Part shown: positions 44,497 to 57,540 of the stretch, one piece after another
Numbering within the stretch: position 1 is the first letter of the stretch
Layout of the letters: every line of letters begins with the position of its first letter
From: the human T2T-CHM13v2.0 reference genome, Homo sapiens
NCBI RefSeq assembly: GCF_009914755.1
Contig: NC_060942.1
Reading direction: 5' to 3' (one strand)
DNA: 64,000 nt
Notes under the pieces: generated by a model
The model's input: only the letters and a program-made list of their open reading frames with translations
What the model was told of the DNA's origin: nothing
The model's database searches: none
Made by a program: the position numbers and the translations under genes

Positions 44497-45060
44497 AATT
44501 TTATATTTTTGGAGTGTATACTCAGAAGTGGAATTTCTGTATCATATGGTAATTATATGCCTAATTTTTGAGGAACTGCCATATTGTTCTCCATAGAGGC
44601 TACACTATTTTACAGAGGCTCAAAGAGATATTTGTACACCAATATTCATAGCAGCATTATTTGCAATATTCAAAATGAGGAAGCAATCCAAATATCCATG
44701 GACAGATGAATGGATAAACAAAATGTGGTATACAAACATAATGGAATATGATTCAACCTTAACAAAGAACGAAAATCTGACAGATTGTACAACATAGATG
44801 AACAATGAAGACATTATACTAAGTTAAATAAGCCAGACGCAAAAGAGTAAATATTATTTGATTCCAAATATATGAGGCACCCAGAATAGACAAGTCCATT
44901 GACACAGAAAGTAGAATAGTGATTCCAATGGCCTCAGCCTGTGGGATTGGGAAGTGTGGGGAATTATTGTTTACTGAGTATGGATTATCAGTTTGGGATG
45001 AAGAAAAAGTGCTGGAGATGGAAAGTGGTGATGGTTGAAAAACAATGAATGAAGTTCATT
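44497..45060 (+). mobile_element. L1MB-like 3' fragment with 5' inversion (44497-44614 antisense, remainder sense)
   Basis: Antisense ttttgaggaactgccatattg abuts sense agatatttgtacacc...gatgaatggataaacaaaatgtgg. Confidence 0.75.
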
Positions 45061-45394
45061 AATGAACAATAGTGCACAGTAATATCAATGGCATCTCAAG
45101 CAGAGAGAGGGTTTCACTTAGCTCCACATGCTGTGGAAAAGAGAAACATTTGATAAAGCCAGAGTATTAGAAGGCACTAAGTGAGAATGGAAGACAGGAT
45201 TACTAGTACATCAGCCAAGGGAAACTCTGCCTCTTTCTTTGTTCCAGACAGAAATATAGACAGACAGGTAGATAATAGATGGATTTATATAGATATATAC
45301 ACACATAATTATATCACATATTAAATGTTATATATAATTTTCTATACACATATACAGAGAGAATGTATGTGTGTGTTTATTTATTTTTATTTTT

Positions 45395-45544
<150 letters not shown>

Positions 45545-47044
45545 TAAATGTGCAAAAAACACACAGTTGAGAAATAAAATAAATTACATAAATTATATTG
45601 TTTTCAGTTTTTCCTTTTATGCTGTTTTCAAAAGTTGATTGCACATCTACACAAAAATAGCACTCTTAAACTGTCGTTGTATTTCCTTAAAGTGTGTTAA
45701 ACAGTTATTTTCCTTTAATGAGGAATACATGCCCATATTATCTTCAACAGGAATTACTTTCCCCCAGAGTACAAACGTTGTCCAAAACAAAGACTGTTTC
45801 TAAAGTTCAAGGGCTTCTCATATTTGGACAGAAATCTCACTATATTTCTGTTGCATCCAGACATCCAAGACTTTAACCTCCCATGACGATGAGTAATAGA
45901 AGGATAAGAAAATCTATTCCTTCGGTTACCTCATGGCAGCATTAAGTTAATACTCTCTATTAAAGTGGCAGCAAATGATTTATTAGCATGCCTCCTCTCT
46001 GGAGTGACGTGCAATTGCATGGATGATGGGCTGGTGGAAACCACTGTGGATGTAATATCTCTGTAATGCTATGATGTTGATGACTTGAGGGAATACATTA
46101 TTAAGGAAATATTGTGCTGATTACTTGCTTCTGTAATATATCATCAATCTGATGTCACTACTAAGATGTGTAAGTATAATTAATAATTCACAAAGTGAAA
46201 AGTGACAGCAAGACTTCCCTTCTAAGTAATCTTTAAAGTGTTCAGTTTTGGAAACTTTATTCTAAGTACTTAGGTGAAGGTTTGGTGAGCTAAGATTATT
46301 TAAAGATGAAGGTGATATATTAAAGTCAGACAGGTACAATGAATACATTTGGTGGAATCTCTGTCAGTTTTCGTTATGAAGAGATACAAGGAGCTGCCCT
46401 GCCCAAAATGTTTGGTTTAATCAAGGATCCCATATAAAATAGGATAATTTATGACATATGATAAACACCTTAACTTTAAAAGCATTTTGACATCTTTTAA
46501 CTTCTATTTTGCACGTACATATTACTTAATAAGGTTGTTGAGGAAGGATTTCTATTTTTTTTAAATAATTAAGCAGCCAGATATTAAAATCTACTCATCT
46601 CATATCACATTCAGTAGCACAGTGGAGGGGCAAGACATTAGGTTGATATCCAAGATTCCAACCTCTCTTTTGCCAATAACAAATCACAATTTTAATCAAC
46701 TTGGCTTTCTTGACTTCAGTTTTCTCATCTGTAAAATAGTTTGATTTAAAAATGCAATCTTCATGATTATAGTTTAATTTGATGCAAAGAAATTCCTTTA
46801 GCACAAAAGAACAATTATTCTAACACTTTATTTTTTAAAAAATAGGGAAAGAAAAACCCTCTAAGTACTTAATGTTTCAAAATAAATAATTTCCTATCAA
46901 TGTGTAAATGAAAACTGCTTTCTATTTTCTTATTTTCACAGATATTTAAACAGTGTGTTTACTAATACATTCCAAACAATATGATTAGTTTACCATACGA
47001 TTAAGAACTAACACCAAAAGGATGCTTAGAAACACATTTCTTCA

Positions 47045-47420
<376 letters not shown>

Positions 47421-50400
47421 ACCTCTAGTAATTTATATTCCATCAACTCTCCAGAAAAAGTCTTTATGGTCTTGCATATATTGAATAAAGAACTCTTCTT
47501 GTTGAAAACCTTAACTATATAACATTACTAAATAGTTTCACAAATGAATCAAATAAAGTGTTCACTCTAAGAATGTCCTTTTTTTCTAATATGCAAAATT
47601 TTATTAAGGTATGATACTGACAAAACTTTTTGCCCATTGATAAGATACTGTGATGTTTATTGATGTATGAGGTAGGTATTGTCAACACACACATTATAAA
47701 TGCTCTGTGAATTTGGCTTGTTTTAAGTTTTCAAAGTTTATAAATTGCTGTAAGCATTGAATAAAACTCCTCTCATCATCAGATTGCTGAGTATGTGTCT
47801 TAGACAACATTGTGCAAGTTTCTTAAATAACAAAAATAATTTGGATCCAGACAAAGAAGCTGAACTGCAATAGCAAACCCCTGTTGTGGTTGGCTCCAGG
47901 GAATGTATTGAATCTTTTGATAAAATGAGCTTCGTGTCTCTTGAAAATGTTTCTGTGTTTGCTGTTTGAGACTTGTCTTTATATTGGAGAATTGACCCAA
48001 TATGCTGTTGATATTAAATAATTAGCAGAGATACTGCAATTTAAAGGGACAATTCCTATACTCAGGTTTCATCTATTAGGAAAGCACAACCTTTTAAAGG
48101 CAATTCATTAAACTGAATGGAGCGAGACAATATCAATGTTTTAAAAAGACAACAAGTCAGACTATAGCACAGAGTGAAAGTAACTCATTTTAACTCCTTT
48201 AACTACTTTTTGAACTGCTACTCACTCTAAAGCTGTTTTAAATACCTGCACACAATATTTCTATTTCATGAACCCTTGGACTGTCTGTAGTTTCTCTAAT
48301 GTTTGTTGTACTTTAAAACTGTAGACTTCAAATTTAGTACTCACAGGTTCAAACTCAAAGCAACCTGTTTCTTTGCATGCTATCTTGCAAGAAATAGAAA
48401 ACTGGAGTTCATAAACTATTGATTCACTCTCATCCTTCACATTTTCTCCAAATTCATGATTCCATTATCATAAATTAATATATACTAACCAAAAATATGA
48501 AACTTGGTATCTTTCACATGATCCGAATTAAAAGAAATTATTTTAACAAATGCCCCAAAATACACACAAATTTTTATTTTAAATATTTGAGGAAGAGGTA
48601 TTTTGAAAATAACTAAATGTTTTCCATTATTGCAATAATTTTCATGTTAGAAACCCTAATTCTAATGTCTTTACTATTAAATGAGAGAAATTGGTAGTCC
48701 TCTCTCTGTTTCCTTTGTTGGTGTCAGTTGCCTACCTTAATTTTAAATACTACAAGACAGCATCTAAAAGTAATCTCTGGCAACAAATATAAAACAGAGG
48801 GAAAAAAATGAACACTTGCAAACACCGAAGAGTCAAATTCCCAGAAACTTAGAGAAAGTGAGTATGTACTATGTTGATGCAGCTGACTTGGGCATGACAA
48901 CAATTATTAAGAAAATGAGTTAATGCTGATATAGACAAACCTTCTTTCTTCTTACACCAGTTTCTTACCAGGACTCTTGGTCAGATCAATAGCTTCTCTA
49001 TTGTTTCTGATTTTTGAGGCAACCAGACAATTAAAATTTCTGCATCTTACCTATAAATTATTCTGTTTTAATCTTCATTCAAATATTACAATCCTCAAAA
49101 ATCTGGAAGAAAGTAACTGATGATCACTGTAATTTCCTTCTCTCACTCTAAATATGTATTATATTTATTTATTTGTTACTTATTATCATATATATTGCAT
49201 TATTAAGGTAAATTAATGTATGGCCTGGATAATGAGAGACACAAATAAGTAAGGATAGAAGAAACAAAGTTGAGATGCACGTAGCTTGGGATGTAAATTA
49301 AATCCAGATAGAATATGTAGAGCATCTGTGTGCGGAACACAAGAAGCATTAATAAGAAGAGCAAATGGAACCCATAGTCATGAGTCTCGTGAGCCACCAG
49401 GTACTCATGTGTCTTCAACTGACTAACCATTGGTGACCCCCATTTTGAGGGTTCTCTATGACCTGGGCCTGAGACTCACAGATAAAATCTGTGGCCGCTC
49501 AGCTGGTTATGAGCTAGTTATACGGGTAGGGTCAAGAATATTCAACCATGCAGATAGAGCACGAGTTAGCCACAAGCACCTTTTATCTGCTGAGGCTTCA
49601 CTCTGGTCCTCATAATCACACTGTAAGAGAGGAAGACTGATGGAGAGGAAGAGAGAGGGACAAAAGGAGAGGGGAAGGGAGGGAGAGAATGGTGAATACT
49701 GGGGAATTCAGGGAATGTGCCCCTTACATCGACCTTGTATGCTCTTTTATCTTATCCCTTTCCTTTTGCTTCTGACTAAATGCTTTAAATTGATGCATTA
49801 AGCCCTGTGATTCCAGCAACTCAATGAGATCTGAGCCCTTCTCTTCTGTGACTCCCTGCAGGCTAGCAGTGTACTTAGAAACCACCGTTGTCTGAAAATA
49901 ATTTCCCATGTTGTCTGCAACTGGTCTTTGTATACCCCTGCCCCTTGCAAAATAAACAGTAATTATTATGAAAACGGAGAGAGTAAAATAAAATAAAACT
50001 GCCCCAGATAAATACATCTATCAGATACATGATTTTCCTCCTCTCTGTATTTCATCAATGGAGAATATTAGCAAAATTTGAATAGCCATGTAGCATCTGG
50101 ATATTTCATTAGGAATTCCAATTATAAAACATTCTAAAATTTGTTAATCTCAGAAAAGAATCTATCATTTTAAGAAATACACTAAAAGGACCAGTCGTAA
50201 GCAAAGAGCTCTGTTATTTAGTAAGTAGAAAGTGTAGATAGTGGCTATTTTTTTTTTCCTTTCCAGCATGAAAAAAGCAAAAAGCAAAACAGGAACAGTG
50301 AGACTATTTAATAAATATGGCAGAAAAATCGAAATATAACATTAATCTGGAGGCTCAGAAAAGGACCCTACCTGTGACAATGGTTAAAACAGAAATTAGG

Positions 50401-50539
50401 AAATATCAGAGGATTATGTAGCATACCTGAGGAGATTTATGAAGATATGACAATTCAGAGAAAAAAAAACCCATAGTTTGAGACCATAAAGTCAAACAAA
50501 AGTTATTATAAGTGAAAACTGGAGAATGAGATCTCTCTT

Positions 50540-53500
50540 TAATATTGAAGCAAAAATGTTAAAAACAAACAAACAAGCAAGGAAGCTAAAACTGAGTGAA
50601 CAGAATTAAACAATGTATGAACAAGATCATATATTATGACTAAGTGTGTTTTATTCCACAAATGCAAAGTTGTTGTAATTTAATAATTTTAAGAAGAAAA
50701 ATGTAAGATCATCTCTATAAATGTAAAAAAACCTAACACCCATTTCAGATTTAAAAGAAGAAAAAAAACTTTCAGTAAAGGAAATTTCCTCAATCTGATA
50801 AAGACAATTTACAAAAAAACCTACAGCTAACATTCTACCTAATGGTCAAATACTAAATACTTTATCCCTAACATCTGAAAGAAGGCAAAGATATCCTACA
50901 TTCATCACTACTATTCAACTTTGCAGTGGATTCTAGCCAGATAAATAAGACAAATAAAATAAATTAAAGGCATCCAGACTGGAAAGAAACAAGTAAAGCA
51001 TTTGAAGTTAGCATGTCCTCATGGAAAAACTGGGAATTTACCCAAAAGAGCTATGAGAACTAAGTGCGTTTAGCAATGTTAAAATATAGAAAATCAATAT
51101 AAAAAGATCAAGTGTATTTCTGTGTGCTTGTAACAAAATCATGAAAATCGAAATTAAAACATGCCATTTAAAAATGTGGAATACCTAAATCTGATATGAG
51201 ATGTAAAAGACCTATTCACTGAAAACTACAGAATAGACCTACTCATATAAGGACAACTGATTAGAAGCCAAGACAATGGAGTGGTGAGAGGATAGTATTT
51301 TTATAATAGTGCTAGAACAATCAGAATATCTATATGAAGAAAGGATGAAATTTTATCCATACCTTGTATTCCATAAAATAACTCACTTAAAATGGATCAT
51401 AGACCTAATGTAAAACCTAAAAATATAACATTTCTTAAAATGGTTAAAAAAATTTGTGCTTTTGTCTTAGGAAAATTGTATTTTTCTTTAAAAATAATTG
51501 AACACCATTACCTCTATCTAGTTCCAAAGTATTTTCATTACCTGAACAGAAAAACCATACCAGTTAAGCAGTTGCTCCTCATTTATTTTCTCCTCCCCCC
51601 AACCACTGGTAACAACTAATCTGCATTTTGTCTTCATAGATTTTTCTATTTTGTATATTTTTTATAAATGGCATCATATAATATGTGACTTTTGGTGTAA
51701 AGCTTCTTTCACTTGGCTTAATATTGTCAAAGTTCATCCAGGTTGTATTATGTATCAGTACTGATTTGTTTATATAGTTGAAAAATATTCAAGTTATATA
51801 AACTATATATTCAACTTATATAAACTTTCAACTATTCAAATATTCAACTTATATAAACTTCAAACACTCAACTTATATAAACTATATAAACAAATATATT
51901 TTCAACTATATAAATAAATCATAGTATGTATAATTATAATTATATAAATATTAACTAATGTAACTAATATGTAATATTAACTATATATATTATTACATAG
52001 TGATATTCACTATATATTATATAATTACAAGTAAAACGTAATAGTTTTATTAACTTTATATTATATACCATAATTGCAATATATAGTATATAATTATATA
52101 TTACATATATTAGTTATAATATAATATGTATTAGTATATATAAAAGTATATATAATTATATATAATATGTAATATAACTATAATGTACAATATATAATTA
52201 TATTATAGTTGTGTATAATATATAATTAAATATATTATTTTTATACTATAAAATTTTATAAATATTATATATGTAATTACATATATAATTATGTTTTTTC
52301 ATCATCTGCATATACCACAGTTTATCTGTTCTCCTACTAAAGACCATCACGGTAGCGTCCAATTTTTGGCAATTATGAATAAAGCTGCTATAAACGTCCA
52401 AGTACACGTTTTTGTATGCATTTAAGTTTTCAAACCCTTTTTGTTGGAAGGAGCACAATTGCTAAATTGTATGGTGAGAGTATGTTGCCAAGTTGTCCTC
52501 CAAAATGGCTGTATCATTTTTTATTCCCACTAGCAATAAAGCAAATGATGCATTGTTCCACATTTTCACCAGCATTTGACAATATTAGTGTTTAAGTTTT
52601 TGTCTATCTAATAGGTGTGCGGTGTTTCTTACTGTTGTCTTAATTTGCATTTCCCTTGGAAATGCTATTTTTAGCATATTTGAGGCACCATCAAACTCTT
52701 TTCCACAGCGGCTGCACCATTTTCCATTTCCAACAGCAATGCACAAAAGTTTAAGTTTCTCCACGATCTCTATGTTTTATCATCACCATCCTGGTGAGTG
52801 TCAAGTCATACCAGATAGTGGGTTTGTTTTGCAGTTCCTGATTGTCTAACGATGTTGAACATCCTCACATATACTTGTTGGCCATTCATTCACGTTTCGA
52901 AGAAATTTCTAAGTCCTTTGACCATTTTATAAATTTACTTGTTGTCTTTCTTGTTGCTGAGTTGAAAGTGTTTTTTTGTATATTCTGCAGCGTTCAACCT
53001 TATCAGACAGGTGACTTGCAAATATTGTCTCCAAATTAGTTGGCTACTTTTTACCCTCTTGACAATGTCCTTTGATGTACAATGCTCATAATTTTGATGA
53101 GATCCAATTTATCTATTGTATCTTTTATCTATAATGACTTAGTTTTCATATCAAAGCATTCATTGTCAAAGCCAAGGTCATGAAAACTTAATCCTGTGTG
53201 CAAGCATGTGGGCTAGGAACTCAGAGATGCATAACAGCATGGCTGACCATTAGAACCTGAGTCCTTGACGACAACTCCCTTGAAATAATGCACTGCATTG
53301 GCTGTGCATTGACACTGATGTTGGGAGGTCAGCTTTCTCTCAGAGACCTGTCAGACAAAGTCTTTTAATTGCCTATGGTCAGGCTTGCAAAATCATATAT
53401 AGAGTTCTGGTCAAGAGTTAAGCTGAACTCCTCAGATTTGAGCAGATCTCTTATCAAAGAACATGTTTTGGTGCAAATAAGCACCTTAAAAATGTGCATT

Positions 53501-54250
53501 GTCATTAGTCACTGGAAAAATGCAAATTAAAACCACACTGAGATTCCTCTATATGCCTAATTGAATTGCTAAAATTAGAGTGACTAAAAAGTTTGACCAT
53601 ACCAATTACTAGCCAGGATGTAGTGGAAGTATAAATTTCATACACTGTTGGTGCAAATGTAAATGGTGTAATCACATTAGAAAAGAGTTTGGAAGCTTGT
53701 CAAGAAAGTTAAACAATTATTAATACTTACCATATGACCCAGTCTTTCCACTTTCAGAGACTTGCCCAAGAGAAAATAAATCATATGTCCATACAAAGTT
53801 ATCTACAAAAATATTCATAGCAGTTTTGTTTGTAATATCATAATCTAAACATAACTCAATATATATCACTCAGAGAATAAACAAATTGTTGTATACACAA
53901 ATAATAGGTTACAACTCATAAAACAGGAATTATTGAATCACATAAAAACAGACAAAAAATGGGTATACTGTGTGATTCTAGTTTCCAGTGATTAAAGGGA
54001 AATTTTTGAAAATGTCACTATTGTATAGTGACAAATATCAGATCAGTGGATGTCTAGGAAGGAAATTTAGGGAGAGATGGACAAAAGACCACATGAAAAC
54101 CTTTGGATGTGATGGATATGTTCAGTTTCTTAATCATGCTTATGAATTTAAACATGTTTGTATGTATACATATATATGTGCATGTACATATAAATATGCA
54201 TACACACGTGTATATATGTTAATCACACCTCAATCAAGCTGTTTAAAACC
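50540..54250. mobile_element. Mosaic of L1M fragments: sense 50540-51470 and 53450-54250, antisense 51480-53200
   Basis: aaacctacagctaacatt, atggatcatagacctaatgtaaaacc (sense ORF2); tatgaataaagctgctataaac (antisense 3' region). Confidence 0.7.
51925..52290. repeat. AT-rich low-complexity (TA-type) tract
   Basis: Directly visible. Confidence 0.9.
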
Positions 54251-54259
54251 ATACATTGA

Positions 54260-54651
<392 letters not shown>

Positions 54652-54899
54652 TCAAGTTTTGCACATGCATAGAATTTATTTTTATCACCGTCTTTCAGAC
54701 AGTGAAAACTAGGTGAAATTCTAATTATCTAGCTCTCTGGTTTCATGTATACCACTTTTATGTCTAGAATCATCAAAAACCACAAAAATAACACCTTCCT
54801 CCAGGGTCTACTTGTCATAGTGACCCCCTTATGGTGCTATAGATGTGAGTTGAGAGATAGGATTCAATAAAATAGGTATAATTACTATAACACTCTAAG

Positions 54900-55705
54900 C
54901 TACCTGCTTGTGCTTCTCTTCTTCAGAACTAACTTAAAAATAGCCTGCCTTGTGTTACAATTACCTGTGTTCACAGCATTTTCATGATGGGCAACTTGCG
55001 AGGGGATAGTACTTGACAGCCTGTGACCAAGTGTTTGGTCTCTACCAGGGATCAGTATCAGGCCAGAAGTCATTTTTCAATAGGAGAATATATATTTTCA
55101 CATGGTTGTGTGCATTTGCAGATATTGGCACGTTTATGTGCAGGAAAAGGTACACCATGACTGGTAGGGTTTGTGTGCAGGGCTTTGCCAGCCTATCCAG
55201 AGTGTTTCTATAAACAATCTGAGAATTTGATTTCCTTCAGAGACTCTAAAATGTTAGTGGGCAGAAGATGTCTACGTGCACAGTCCTCGGCAGGTGTCTA
55301 CGTGCACAGTCCTCGGCAGGTGTCTACGTGCACAGTCCTCGGCAGGTGTCTACGTGCACAGTCCTCGGCAGGTGTCTACGTGCACAGTCTTCAGCAAAAC
55401 CTTGGGGAGTGAATCTTCACAGGACCTCCCTGGCTAGAAACACTGCAGACATGTATGGATGCATTTTGCTACTTGAAAAAACAGCATACATTGTGTGACT
55501 CTTTCAAACAGGAGAGACAGTAACAGGAATTGCATACATGAATTTCTCTAGACTGCCTGATTCATCTTTTTTCCTTACTGATCCTGCCACATGTTCTATC
55601 TGTGTCTCTGTAGTAAGTTTCATTTGTGAGTACAACCGTATGGTGAGTATTGCAAGTCCTTTTACTGAAGCATTAAACATGTGGATGGTCTTTGGACTCT
55701 TGACC
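54900..55705 (+). mobile_element. ERVL-type solo LTR (MER68/76/77 group)
   Basis: cagcaaaaccttggggagtgaatct...gtgagtacaaccgtatggtgagt...ggatggtctttggactcttgac resembles the 3' half of this LTR group. Confidence 0.65.
55269..55396 (+). repeat. 26-bp minisatellite (tgtctacgtgcacagtcctcggcagg), 4 perfect copies plus one partial copy
   Basis: Copies start at 55269, 55295, 55321, 55347, 55373. Confidence 0.97.
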
Positions 55706-57424
55706 TAGCAAGTCAAGATAAAAGATTAATCTAAAAAACAGGCCAAAGCCTCCACATGGAGTTATATGTGCTGAAGATCCTTCCTTCTTTCAATCACTGT
55801 TTTATCTGATGGGTGCCATGACCCAGCTGGCACATAAGCCTGTATGGAGGGCAGGAGCCGCTGTGGAGCCTTCTTGGGCTTTGAACTCCAAAAAAACTCT
55901 ATCAGTAAAGGAAAGGAAATTTTGCATCCAAATATGATGTATAATTCTAAGAAGACCACCAAAACAACGGCTTTAGTTTTCAGATGTCTCCCAAACAGCT
56001 CCATCATCTCTGTCACTTTGCATCATCAGTGTGAGTTTTCCCAAGTACCCACCAAGAAGCCTCTGTGAATCCCACACCTGCATGAAAGTCTGGTGGTAAC
56101 TCCATTCACAGAACAATGACCTTTCTTTCTTCATCTTCCGAATCTCACATATGTTCCTTGTGTTAGAAAATTGTAACCTGGAACCTGTAGGGAAGGAAAT
56201 TCTGAGAAATTATGTCTCTAGCTTATCCTCTGAAATACAGAGAAAAACTTGGAAGGGTGACAGAGATGATGCCAAGTTGCCATAGATAATCCAGCATAGA
56301 TAAAATAAAACTATATTGAAATTCAGTTGTTTGTTTAATATGGGTTTTATATTATTCTCTCTTATAACCATTTTAGTTATTAATTTCTAAGAGTATAAAT
56401 TTGAATTATGAGTAAGATTTGTAAATTCAATTATTTATGAATAGTATAAAATGTAATAGCCTAATATTTTCTCTTTCCAAAGTAAAAAGCTAAGACAATA
56501 TCAGCTGTAATTAAGAAATAGGTGGGTATTTCTCCATGCTAATATTTGTATGCAGTAGGTTGATTTTGCCCTAATTAGGAAAATGGTAGACTCTTACATA
56601 AGAGAAGAAGAGACTGAATTCGGTAGCTTAGATGAGTGATCAAACAGAAAATATCTCAGGATGCTGGTCCAAGAATGTGCATATGAAAGAAAAAGAAATA
56701 TTTTGACTCTAGCTTAGAAGAGAAGTAGATATGTCTATCTAGGGAGACAGAAAAACAGAAGGCATCTATAATTGTTCTCAGATTTATTACATCATACTCC
56801 CTTAGGTATTATTCTAAATAGAAATATTTTTCTACGGAGTTTAAAATTAAGAGGTTGAAATTTTTTAAGTTTTCTCTTCAATCAGATTGACAGAACAGCA
56901 ATCCTGTCATTAGCTAATAGCAGCTAGTGTATGTTGAATTCGGCATCATTTCCTGAGAACACTGTCCTTGTTGAATATAAGGGGATAAGCATTCAATAGA
57001 AAAAGATGCAAATGTCAAAGCTACTGAAAGTTAAAAATAAACTCACACCCCTAATATACTCTTTAATAAAACAATAGAGGCAAAAGAAGTTATCAAGTTA
57101 TTTCAGGCAAGACACTGAGTTGTAGGGGACATATTAAAATATAAGCAATAGGATCAAAAGTCATTTTTTCAGGCTTAGAAACAACATGCATACTTTCTAA
57201 CAACTTTTATAGATCATGAATTAGTTGCTGCAAAATTTTATGTGAAAAAAGAGATGCATGTTGCTATGTATGACTATGTTCCTCATTACTTGCTCAACCA
57301 TGGATATATTGAGTTTCTGTGTGGTAAACCACCATGCTAAGTAATGCAAAGTCTGAGCAAACTAAAAAATCTTATGAGGTAGGTATTAGTGTGTCTCAAT
57401 TTCCTTCTATTTATTTATTTATTT

Positions 57425-57540
57425 ATTTTTAATTGACAAATAAACATTGCATATATTTATCATGTACAACAGATTGTTTCCAAATATGTATACATTGTGG
57501 AATAGCTAATGAGCTAATTAGCATATCCATTATCTCACAT
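57425..57540 (-). mobile_element. L1MA 3' end fragment, apparently inserted into a MIR
   Basis: tttttaattgacaaataa...atatccattatctcacat. Confidence 0.65.

Noticed and set aside
49051-49102. Possible minus-strand exon (ctttcttccag| ... TAG|gtaaga); another donor at 57835
   Set aside because: Isolated splice-like signals with no consistent chain or recognisable frame
55269-55396. CRISPR-like appearance, repeated-peptide ORFs and possible metal-response elements
   Set aside because: Head-to-tail repeats with no spacers in primate DNA; the ORFs merely mirror the repeat; TGCACAG and TGCACGT do not fit the MRE consensus TGCRCNC
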